DNA from: Fusobacteriota bacterium
GTDB taxonomy: Bacteria; Fusobacteriota; Fusobacteriia; Fusobacteriales; JBNJFI01
Assembly (NCBI GenBank): GCA_051746725.1
Contig: JBNJFI010000014.1
Coordinates: forward strand, 1 to 30,538
Length of the DNA: 30,538 nt
Direction of reading: 5' to 3'
Shown: piece after piece, positions 1-7,611 of the stretch
How the letters are laid out: each line of letters starts with the position of its first letter
Numbering within the stretch: position 1 is the first letter of the stretch
Notes under the pieces: model-generated
Database searches by the model: none
Seen by the model: only the letters and a program-made list of their open reading frames with translations
What the model was told of the DNA's origin: nothing
Made by a program: the position numbers and the translations under genes

Positions 1-6
1 ATAATA

Positions 7-753
7 TTATACAAAAATTAAAATTGATAGAAAAAAATTAAATACTAATATTAACATAATCGAAATAACAACTGCATCAGTTGTTGCCTCTCCAACCTCT
101 TGGGCTCCTCCTAGTACTTTCATACCTTTATACGAAGCTACGAAAACTATGATCATTGCAAAAAAGATAGATTTAAATAATCCTCCTAATACATCATTTA
201 ATGAAAGTAATTTTTCTAAATGGGATACATATGCTCCAGATGCTAATCCCATGCTATAAATACCTATGAAATATCCGCCAAATATACCTAAAAAATCAGC
301 TAGAATAGTCAACATAGGAAGCATTATTAGCCCCGCAATTATTTTTGGAGAAACAAGATATATAACTGGATTTACAGCCATGACCTCAAGAGCAGATATT
401 TGTTCGGTTACTTTCATACTTCCCAGCTCTGCAGTGATAGATGATCCAACTCTTCCAGCAATAATTATTGCAGTTAAAGTTGGCCCTAACTCTCTGGCGA
501 TTGCAACTGATATAGCTCCACCTGTCAAAGACTCGGCTCCAAAAATTTTAAATTCCGGAACTAACTGAACAATTAAAACCATACCAGTAAATAATGATAC
601 TATAAATACCAAAGGAATTGATTTAACACCAAAGGAATACATCTCGTTTATTAAATTTTGCTTTGTTAACTTATTCCTATTAAAAAAATAAAAAAATATC
701 CCTATTAATCCCTGGGATACAAAAATTCCTACTCTCCCTAATTTTCTTATCAT
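7..753 (-). CDS. mlaE: MlaE/YrbE-family ABC transporter permease (phospholipid transport)
   Basis: 248-aa hydrophobic ORF with the family signature RELGPTLTAIIIAGRVGSSITAELGSMKVTEQISALEVMAVNP and C-terminal GGAQEVGEATTDAVV. The partner mlaF/mlaD genes would lie beyond the left edge of the window. Confidence 0.93.
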   Translation of the reverse strand: MIRKLGRVGIFVSQGLIGIFFYFFNRNKLTKQNLINEMYSFGVKSIPLVFIVSLFTGMVLIVQLVPEFKIFGAESLTGGAISVAIARELGPTLTAIIIAGRVGSSITAELGSMKVTEQISALEVMAVNPVIYLVSPKIIAGLIMLPMLTILADFLGIFGGYFIGIYSMGLASGAYVSHLEKLLSLNDVLGGLFKSIFFAMIIVFVASYKGMKVLGGAQEVGEATTDAVVISIMLILVFNFFLSILIFV

Positions 754-755
754 AA

Positions 756-2222
756 CTACTCCTCATTATCTGCTACATAACTATCAATAATAACGGTTTC
801 TGTAAGTATCTTTTTTGACTTAATAAATCCATCCAAAAATACACTTTTTTCAATCTTTCTTCCAGTATTTTTATTTTCTAATGTAACAATTAATTCATTA
901 TTTTTACCATTATTTTCATGAAATTTTAAATACTCATATTGATTAAAGAAATCCAATTCATCTTTAACTTTATTTTCTTTAGCCTTTATTTCCAATCTTG
1001 TATTTCCAACGGAAAAATCATCTGGAATTGCCATTTCTATTATTTCATTTCTTATTCCTTTTTGATGTATTAGATATGATAAATTAATTTTCAATGTCCC
1101 ACCTAAATGAATAATTTTTTCCAATACAGTAGCTCTCTTTAAATATATAAGTTTCTTATCTTCATGTAACTTTATATTAAATGAAATATTATTAAAATCA
1201 ATCTTATCAAATGGATTGTCTAAAATATGTAATAAATCTTCAGTTATATTAAGGGAAGCATTGCTCAATAAATTATTTTCTGAAAATAAAAAATTTGAAT
1301 TTGAATAGACTTTTGAATCACCTTCATTATATATATTATAGTTGTATTCTAAGCAATAGAAATCATTAGATGGAACTGTCTGATTCAAAAGTTTATTTAA
1401 AGCGCTTTCCATATAATAATTTAATGTTTTTATATCTTGGGGCATTTCAAAATGATATTTTTTTATTTCGTTTTTTTTATCTAAGGCAATCTGAAATTTA
1501 TAAACTGGAATATCTTCTTTTATTATTCCACTTATACCAGCAGATTCATCTTTTAAAACTACTCCTATAGTATTTAAAGATTCTCCTATTTTGAAAGGCT
1601 TCTCTTGAGCTTGAATTGTATAATTTATCTTAGACTTATTTAAAAATAATTTCATATTATTCTTATTAATTGGATGACCTAGTGCAAAAAAGTTATTATT
1701 TTCAATATAAGTCAATGTTCCTATATTTTCTAAAATTACATCCCCTCTAACAGGAGTTATCATTATAGATTCCCCTTTTTTGAACTTTTGACTCTCTTTA
1801 TTATGATTTGATGTCTCCGAGGATTGTTTTTGAGATTCTTTGTTAAATTCTTGTAATTTTAACATATCTGAAATAGGTGTTATCAATCCTATATCATTAT
1901 ATCTGCTTTCTGAAGTATAACTCAATGCTCCAATTAATTTTTTATCTATATATAAAGGACTTCCACTCATTCCCTCAGTTATTCCACCACTTTTTTGGAT
2001 AGCTTCACCAGAAAATTTTGCTAACATCATTTTTTTTACTGAATATCTTCCAGGTATGATGTCTATAATTTCAAAATCGAACTTTTCAGGTTCAACACCT
2101 TTGACAACAGTGTATCCAATTCCTTTCATTCCTGGTTTTATTTCCGAAAGACTTAAAAAGTTTTGATTTGAAAAAATATTAATAGCTATTATTAAATATA
2201 AAAAAATAACTTTTAATTTCAT
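756..2222 (-). CDS. Secreted SpoIVB peptidase S55-domain protein (motif order permuted relative to SpoIVB)
   Basis: 488 aa with an N-terminal signal-peptide-like stretch. Contains GGITEGMSGSPLYIDKKLIGAL (Ser86) and IGTLTY...FALGHP (His183), both SpoIVB-like motifs. AAGGAAGG RBS upstream. Confidence 0.85.
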   Translation of the reverse strand: MKLKVIFLYLIIAINIFSNQNFLSLSEIKPGMKGIGYTVVKGVEPEKFDFEIIDIIPGRYSVKKMMLAKFSGEAIQKSGGITEGMSGSPLYIDKKLIGALSYTSESRYNDIGLITPISDMLKLQEFNKESQKQSSETSNHNKESQKFKKGESIMITPVRGDVILENIGTLTYIENNNFFALGHPINKNNMKLFLNKSKINYTIQAQEKPFKIGESLNTIGVVLKDESAGISGIIKEDIPVYKFQIALDKKNEIKKYHFEMPQDIKTLNYYMESALNKLLNQTVPSNDFYCLEYNYNIYNEGDSKVYSNSNFLFSENNLLSNASLNITEDLLHILDNPFDKIDFNNISFNIKLHEDKKLIYLKRATVLEKIIHLGGTLKINLSYLIHQKGIRNEIIEMAIPDDFSVGNTRLEIKAKENKVKDELDFFNQYEYLKFHENNGKNNELIVTLENKNTGRKIEKSVFLDGFIKSKKILTETVIIDSYVADNEE

Positions 2223-2235
2223 AATTTCCTTCCTT

Positions 2236-2553
2236 TTATTTTATAGTTTTTGACAACTGATCATACATAGATTTCGCTAATCCAAATCCACCACTTTTAG
2301 ACATCCCCTTTGATCTTTCGTCGTTTAGCATATCACGAAATATCTCTTCACTTTGTCCTCCATGAAATAATCCATCTTTTCGATCTACTGTTTTGTCCAT
2401 TGCATCTAATGTCATTTTTATGAAAATCGCCTCAAATTCTTCGGTTACTTGTTTTAGTTTTTCTTTTTCCTTAGTTAATTCTGCCTGTTTTTTTAAATTA
2501 TCTGTATTAATATTGTTTTGTAAATTTTGAAGTCCCATTTTATTAGATATCAT
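2236..2553 (-). CDS. flgJ: FlgJ-like rod-binding protein (rod-capping domain only, no muramidase domain)
   Basis: KLKQVTEEFEAIFIKMTLDAMDKTV...SEEIFRDMLNDE...GFGLAKSMYDQL is the Rod-binding domain, and the gene follows flgI. Start re-assigned to ATG 2553 because AGGAGG lies at 2559-2564; this gives 105 aa. Confidence 0.88.
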   Translation of the reverse strand: MISNKMGLQNLQNNINTDNLKKQAELTKEKEKLKQVTEEFEAIFIKMTLDAMDKTVDRKDGLFHGGQSEEIFRDMLNDERSKGMSKSGGFGLAKSMYDQLSKTIK

Positions 2554-2578
2554 AACATCCTCCTTTTTAAAGCTTTTA

Positions 2579-2811
2579 TAGCTAGTTGCAAAATTATAAT
2601 CTTCTGATTTTATTTGATTTATTAGATCTAATAATGACGAATTACCTCCATTTTTATACCCGGGCAAACTCCATTTGCCCTTACAGAAAAACTTATATCC
2701 TTATACCTATCTAACCTGAACCGTAAGGGCGAAGGGCCTTCGCCCGCATTACCCTAAAATAAATCTGTGAAAAAACTTGATATCTTATCTTTCCAGTTTT
2801 GCAACTTCCTA
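2579..2811. mobile_element. MITE-like non-autonomous element (233 bp) with 15-bp terminal inverted repeats and a 10-bp target-site duplication
   Basis: Left end tagctagttgcaaaa (2579-2593) matches the reverse complement of the right end, taggaagttgcaaaa (2797-2811), at 13/15 positions. The exact direct repeat aaagctttta lies flush on both sides (2569-2578 and 2812-2821). No transposase ORF. Confidence 0.65.
2662..2745. repeat. REP-like palindrome doublet (REPIN/BIME-like) in inverted orientation
   Basis: Minus strand 2684-2662 reads GTAAGGGCAAATGGAGTTTGCCC and plus strand 2723-2745 reads GTAAGGGCGAAGGGCCTTCGCCC. Both are a GTAA foot followed by a GC-rich hairpin, separated by a 38-bp spacer, in an otherwise very AT-rich background. 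Confidence 0.7.
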
Positions 2812-2818
2812 AAAGCTT

Positions 2819-3850
2819 TTACATTATTTTTATAGATGCATCTATTGCATTGGCTTCTTTTAAAGCTTCAATAATTGAAATAATATCATCTGCCTCAGCT
2901 CCAACTGCATTTAACATTTTGACAACATTTTTAACAGAAGTTCCTTCGAAATAAAAGGACTCTCCTTCTTCATCGCTATTCCCCTCATCAAAAGCCTTTT
3001 CAGTATCAAGTTGTGCGGATATAGATATACTTAAGTCATTATGAGATATTGCAACTGGAGAAACCCTTATATTATCTCCTAAAATTATTGTTCCTGTTCT
3101 TTCATTAATAACTATTACAGATTCTCGATCAGGCTCTACTTCTAAATTTTCTATTGCAGATACGAACCCTATTACATTATCATTGAATGCAAAAGTTTTA
3201 TTTATTTCTACTGTAGAAGGATTAGTTGCCTTCGCTGTTTCATATCCAAATCTTTTATTTAAAACATCTGCTATACGAGATGCAGTTGTAAAATCAGGGC
3301 TATTAAGTAATAGTGAAATTTTTTCTCCTTCTTCTATTTTTATAGGAACTTCTTTTTCAACAATTGCACCATTTGGGATAAGTCCATTTACCGTATTTGC
3401 TGTTTCATTGTTTACAGAAGTTAAACTCCCTTGGGCATATCCATATATATCGGCTCCTTGACCTCCACGAAGAGGTGTCATAAGTAATACTCCTCCTTCT
3501 AAACTCTGTGCATCGTTAACTGAAGATACTCTTACATCTATGGTATCTCCTACATTTGTAAAAGGAGGTAAAGTTGCAGTTAACATAACAGCTGCTACAT
3601 TTCCTGATTCTATTTGATCTCGAGCTAAACTCGTTCCAAAGTATTCATATAAATTTTGTAACATCTGAGGCGTGAGATCTGAATTATCTCCTGTCCCTGC
3701 TAAACCTATTACTAGTCCCATTCCAATTAATTGATTACTTCTAACTCCTTTAATTCTAGTAATTTCTTTTAATCTAACTTTTTGTCCATTGGCAAAAAGT
3801 AAATTAGTAAAAAAAATAATTCCTATTATAATACTAAGTTTTTTTTTCAT
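2819..3850 (-). CDS. flgI: Flagellar P-ring protein FlgI
   Basis: Signal peptide, then RLKEITRIKGVRSNQLIGMGLVIGLAGTGD, NVAAVMLTATLPPF, SLEGGVLLMTPL and VINERTGTII. Follows flgH. Confidence 0.96.
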   Translation of the reverse strand: MKKKLSIIIGIIFFTNLLFANGQKVRLKEITRIKGVRSNQLIGMGLVIGLAGTGDNSDLTPQMLQNLYEYFGTSLARDQIESGNVAAVMLTATLPPFTNVGDTIDVRVSSVNDAQSLEGGVLLMTPLRGGQGADIYGYAQGSLTSVNNETANTVNGLIPNGAIVEKEVPIKIEEGEKISLLLNSPDFTTASRIADVLNKRFGYETAKATNPSTVEINKTFAFNDNVIGFVSAIENLEVEPDRESVIVINERTGTIILGDNIRVSPVAISHNDLSISISAQLDTEKAFDEGNSDEEGESFYFEGTSVKNVVKMLNAVGAEADDIISIIEALKEANAIDASIKIM

Positions 3851-3871
3851 CGTTCCTCCTAAAATATCTAT

Positions 3872-4543
3872 CTAAAATAAAAAACCTACAATTGATCCAA
3901 AAAAGTTTGAAATAATACCTGGTTCAGCTTTACCGTCTAAAACCATTTTTCCATCATAGGTAACCTTTGCATCAGCTAAATATGAAGACTCCACAGTATT
4001 TTCTAAAGTTATATCTTCAGGCCTAACATATCCTGATATTTCTATCTTTTGTAACTCCTTATTTATCAAAACATTTCTAGAACCTTTTAGATATAAGTTA
4101 CCATTATTATCTTTTTTGTAAATTCTAGCTGAAACTTGTGCACTTAAATTTCCACTTCGGCTTGAACTTCCAGAATTATCCGATTCAGACTCTGCACCTG
4201 CACCTAGTTCAGGTAAAAAGTTTAATAACCCAGTCCCAGCCTCTGCAGAAATATTTGCGCTTTTATCAGTACTATTAGATGCCGTTTGATTAGCAGTAGC
4301 GTTTTCTCTAATAATAATAGCCACAATATCTCCAACTTTTCTACTTTTTTGATCAGAATATAAAGATCCCGTTTCTTCTCCCCAAATAGCACTATCCTTA
4401 TTTAAATCTGATTGCTCTTTAGATTCTCTTTCATAAAATGGGACTTCTGGTTCTTTTTTGGTAGCAACTTCATCTTCCTTTTTATCTAAGACTGAACACC
4501 CCGATATTATAACCAAAGTAATTAAAAATAATATTTTCTTCAT
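3872..4543 (-). CDS. flgH: Flagellar L-ring lipoprotein FlgH
   Basis: Lipobox IISGC, with SLYSDQKSRKVGDIVAIII, NGNLYLKG and SGYVRPEDITLENTVESSYLADA. Confidence 0.95.
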   Translation of the reverse strand: MKKILFLITLVIISGCSVLDKKEDEVATKKEPEVPFYERESKEQSDLNKDSAIWGEETGSLYSDQKSRKVGDIVAIIIRENATANQTASNSTDKSANISAEAGTGLLNFLPELGAGAESESDNSGSSSRSGNLSAQVSARIYKKDNNGNLYLKGSRNVLINKELQKIEISGYVRPEDITLENTVESSYLADAKVTYDGKMVLDGKAEPGIISNFFGSIVGFLF

Positions 4544-4575
4544 ATTTACTCCTTATATTCTAAATATAATATGTT

Positions 4576-5421
4576 TTATGTCCATTTTCCAATCTCATTA
4601 ACTGCCTTTGCTAGTAATTCATCCTGAGTTCTTAATACTTTTTGATTTGACTCATAAGACCTACTGCAATCTATCATATTTACCATTTCTTTAATGTTAC
4701 TAACTGTTGATCGTTCTAAATATCCTTGACGAACTTTTGATTCACCATTTACAAAAATTTGTGTTTCTTCTATATCAGATAGAGAATAGTTATTAGCCCC
4801 TTCTTTTATTAAGTCCTCTTTATTTTCAATATCCAAGAGTAAAATCTTATTATTTTCTCCTTGAAATTCCAAATTTTCTAATTTACTGTCACTAAAATCT
4901 GCCTCTTCTATAATTCCATTTACTAAATTTCCATTATCCGAAATATTAATTGGCTCCCCTGTTATGTAACCTATTTCTCCACCTTCTGAAACACCTAAAA
5001 CACGATTTCCATTTCCATCTGTAAGATATCCTAGATTATTTACTACAAAATTTCCACTTTTAGTAACTTTTATGCCATTGGGAGTTTCCACAGAAAAAAA
5101 AGAATCTCCTTGTATTGCAAAGTCAAAATCATTATTAGTGTATTTTACTGCCCCTTGTTCAAACTGAGTAGCTACATCTATCACATTAGCTCCAGTTCCA
5201 AGATTTCCTATATATTTTAATTTATTTTTCTTAGGTTTAGAACCAAATGCTTGATTATTATCGTCTTTTCTATATATTTCCATTTCAGGAAATTGTTTTA
5301 TTATTGTTTCATCTTTTTTAAAACCTGCTGTATTTACATTTGCCAGATTATTTGCAATGGTATCTTGTCTTGTTATTTGAGATTCCATTCCTGATGCTGC
5401 AGTATATATTCCTCTTAACAT
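4576..5421 (-). CDS. flgF: Flagellar basal-body rod protein, FlgF/FlhO type (FlgEFG family)
   Basis: N-terminal MLRGIYTAASGM...IANNLANVNTAGFKKD, DFAIQGDSFFSV, and C-terminal QGYLERSTV..EMVNMI...YESNQK. It lacks the FlgG-typical F(Q/E)DLLYQ segment. Confidence 0.8.
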   Translation of the reverse strand: MLRGIYTAASGMESQITRQDTIANNLANVNTAGFKKDETIIKQFPEMEIYRKDDNNQAFGSKPKKNKLKYIGNLGTGANVIDVATQFEQGAVKYTNNDFDFAIQGDSFFSVETPNGIKVTKSGNFVVNNLGYLTDGNGNRVLGVSEGGEIGYITGEPINISDNGNLVNGIIEEADFSDSKLENLEFQGENNKILLLDIENKEDLIKEGANNYSLSDIEETQIFVNGESKVRQGYLERSTVSNIKEMVNMIDCSRSYESNQKVLRTQDELLAKAVNEIGKWT

Positions 5422-5478
5422 AATTTCCCCCTTTATTGATAAATATCATAATTTAGAAATATTGCCTTCTGATTTATA

Positions 5479-5505
5479 TTATCGGCAAATATGTCTTAAA
5501 GTTTA
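5479..5505 (-). promoter_or_regulatory. Sigma-28 (FliA/SigD) promoter upstream of flgF
   Basis: Minus strand reads TAAA-ctttaagacatattt (15 nt)-GCCGATAA, an exact match to the TAAA-N15-GCCGATAA consensus, 57 bp upstream of the flgF ATG. Confidence 0.88.
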
Positions 5506-5507
5506 CC

Positions 5508-6293
5508 TTATTTTACTTGAACTTTACAGTAGATAAGGTGATTTGTTACAATAATTTTTCCGTTTTCACTGAAATTTTCTAAATAAATTTTTTCCATACT
5601 TTTTAATTTATTTTTTGTTAATAAATTTTTATTTTTTGTTGCACTATTAGTACCTAGTTTTTTTATTTTTTTTAAAAAATTCATTACAGTATCAAATCTT
5701 TCATAAATTTTTTCTGAATTCATATTAATTATTTCAAAATCGCTTTGTAAATATTGCAGTAATTGTTCTTCGCTCAAAAAAGGTTGAGAATAATCATTTC
5801 TTATATTAGATTTCATAAATGCCTTCTTAAGTTCAATGTATGTATCTTTTCCAAAAATTGAAAAAATGATCTTACCTTTTTCTTTTAAAGAATTTTTCAA
5901 TTTTTTAAATAAATTCTCAAAATTATTAATCCATTGAAAACTAGCATTTGAAAAGATAAAATCATACTTTTTTGACAACGAAACATTCTCGATATCACCT
6001 AATATATAATTAATTTGATCTTTTTTGATAAATTTTTTCTGACACACATTTAACATTTCAGAAGATATATCAATTAAATCTATTTTGGCATTTGGATATC
6101 TTTCTAAAATATATTCTGTAAAAATTCCGGTCCCAGGACCCACTTCTAAAATTTGTAGTTTTTTAGTTTTTTTCTTTTTTTCATCTATAAATTCACTTAA
6201 CTTTTTTGCCATTATTCTCTGTATATCCGCATATTTGTCATAATATTTTGCACCTTTTGAAAAGTTTTTAGCTACTAAATGTTTTTCAATCAT
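5508..6293 (-). CDS. bioC: Malonyl-ACP O-methyltransferase BioC
   Basis: N-terminal FSKGAKYYDKYADIQR, SAM-binding ILEVGPGTG, DFIFSNASFQW, and F..VMNFLKKIKKLGTN. Overlaps the upstream esterase gene. Confidence 0.9.
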   Translation of the reverse strand: MIEKHLVAKNFSKGAKYYDKYADIQRIMAKKLSEFIDEKKKKTKKLQILEVGPGTGIFTEYILERYPNAKIDLIDISSEMLNVCQKKFIKKDQINYILGDIENVSLSKKYDFIFSNASFQWINNFENLFKKLKNSLKEKGKIIFSIFGKDTYIELKKAFMKSNIRNDYSQPFLSEEQLLQYLQSDFEIINMNSEKIYERFDTVMNFLKKIKKLGTNSATKNKNLLTKNKLKSMEKIYLENFSENGKIIVTNHLIYCKVQVK

Positions 6294-7014
6294 TTAAAAA
6301 ACTCCTTATCAAATCTAATACTTCTTCATTTTTTTCATATAATATATTGTGTCCACATTTATTATAATATTTATATTTATAATTTTCAAATTTATTTAAA
6401 AAAATATCTGTATTTTTTCGTGGTATTATTTTATCTTTATTGCCTGTTAAAATTAAACTTCTAGTTTTTATTTTGGATATATATAATTTTGAGGTTGATA
6501 ATATATCTAAGCCCTTTTTTAAGGAATTTTTATTTAAATTATATATATCTTTTTTGTATTTTTCCATAAAATTTATATAATTTTTTTTAGCAGAAAAATT
6601 CATTTTCATAAAATTTTCTAGCACCTTATTTTTATCTCGCTGTAAATCTCTAATCATTTTTTTTAAAATAATCGGAGAAGTAGTTTTAGTAAAATTTAAA
6701 GTAGGAGATAAATAAATATTTTGACTTATCAGAATTTCTCTTTGAAATTCATCCTGCCACATAAGGGCTATCATTGCTCCAAGTGACCATGCAAAAAAAG
6801 TGATATCATTATATTGTTTTAATTTTTTTTTTAACGTTATTTTAAAATCTCTAGTAAAAACATTTTTTTTATTAAGATCTATATATATAATTTTATATGC
6901 TTTTTTATCTGAATTCAACTTAGATATGAAAAAATCCTCATAAAAGCTAAATGGCGTTCCCCATCCAGGAAAAATAACTATTGCTTTGTCCTTTTTCATT
7001 TCTTTTTTTTTCAT
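6286..7014 (-). CDS. bioH: Alpha/beta hydrolase, probable pimeloyl-ACP methyl ester esterase (BioH/BioG-like)
   Basis: PGWG oxyanion motif, AWSLG nucleophile elbow, GNKDKII (Asp) and CGHNI (His). Translationally coupled to bioC. Start placed at ATG 7014 behind AGGTGA. Confidence 0.72.
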   Translation of the reverse strand: MKKKEMKKDKAIVIFPGWGTPFSFYEDFFISKLNSDKKAYKIIYIDLNKKNVFTRDFKITLKKKLKQYNDITFFAWSLGAMIALMWQDEFQREILISQNIYLSPTLNFTKTTSPIILKKMIRDLQRDKNKVLENFMKMNFSAKKNYINFMEKYKKDIYNLNKNSLKKGLDILSTSKLYISKIKTRSLILTGNKDKIIPRKNTDIFLNKFENYKYKYYNKCGHNILYEKNEEVLDLIRSFLND

Positions 7015-7043
7015 ATATTCACCTAATCTCAAGTTTTATTAAA

Positions 7044-7610
7044 TTATCCCAAATATAACTCTTTTCTTTTTATAATTCTTCTAGCACCTTCTGGAACTAA
7101 ATATCTAATGCTTTTTCCCAACTTAATACGATTTCGAATATTAGTTGCAGATATTTCAATAATGGGATTATCCAAAACTAATATATTCTTTTCACTTTTT
7201 TGATAATTATATCCTTTCCGCTTGAACACAATAAAATTAGTCATCTTTTTTAGTTTATTTATGTTCTTCCAATTTGGCAAATCTATGGCAGAATCTTCTC
7301 CTATTATTTCAAAGAGCTGATCATCTGGATATTTTTTTTTTAATTTTTTTAAAGTATCATATGTATAACAAGTTTTATTTTGCTTTATTTCGATATCAGA
7401 AACTTCAAAAAAGGGATTATCCTTTATTGAAGCTTCTATCATATTATATCGAATTTTATTGCTTACTAAATTATTTTCCCTATGAGAAGGGATACCTACT
7501 GGTATAAATATAATCTTATCTAATTTAGCTTCAACTCTAACATATTCAGAAATTATAAGATGTCCCAGGTGAATAGGGTTAAAACTTCCTCCATAAATCC
7601 CTATTTTCAT
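7044..7610 (-). CDS. nadD: Nicotinate-nucleotide adenylyltransferase
   Basis: GGSFNPIHLGHL (HxGH motif), YTYDTL, IIGEDS and ISATNIR. Confidence 0.96.
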   Translation of the reverse strand: MKIGIYGGSFNPIHLGHLIISEYVRVEAKLDKIIFIPVGIPSHRENNLVSNKIRYNMIEASIKDNPFFEVSDIEIKQNKTCYTYDTLKKLKKKYPDDQLFEIIGEDSAIDLPNWKNINKLKKMTNFIVFKRKGYNYQKSEKNILVLDNPIIEISATNIRNRIKLGKSIRYLVPEGARRIIKRKELYLG

Positions 7611-7611
7611 T

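Noticed and set aside
2554..2667. 38-aa N-terminal extension of FlgJ given by the ORF track (TTG at 2667)
   Set aside because: It starts inside a REP-like hairpin of the inserted element with no RBS, whereas ATG 2553 has a perfect AGGAGG and gives a normal-size rod-binding protein.
2662..2745. Mini CRISPR array (two palindromic units with a 38-bp spacer)
   Set aside because: There are only two units, they are inverted rather than direct and non-identical, and no cas genes are present.
2655..2750. c-di-GMP-I riboswitch upstream of flgJ (GGGCAAA motif in a flagellar context)
   Set aside because: The GNRA-capped P2 stem and the following GACGCAAAG-like segment are missing on both strands, and GGGCAAA simply pairs with TTTGCCC in a local hairpin. 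A covariance-model search would settle it.
6161..7011. Long A/T homopolymers in bioC and the esterase as phase-variation tracts
   Set aside because: They are expected from Lys codons in a very AT-rich genome, and the reading frames are intact.
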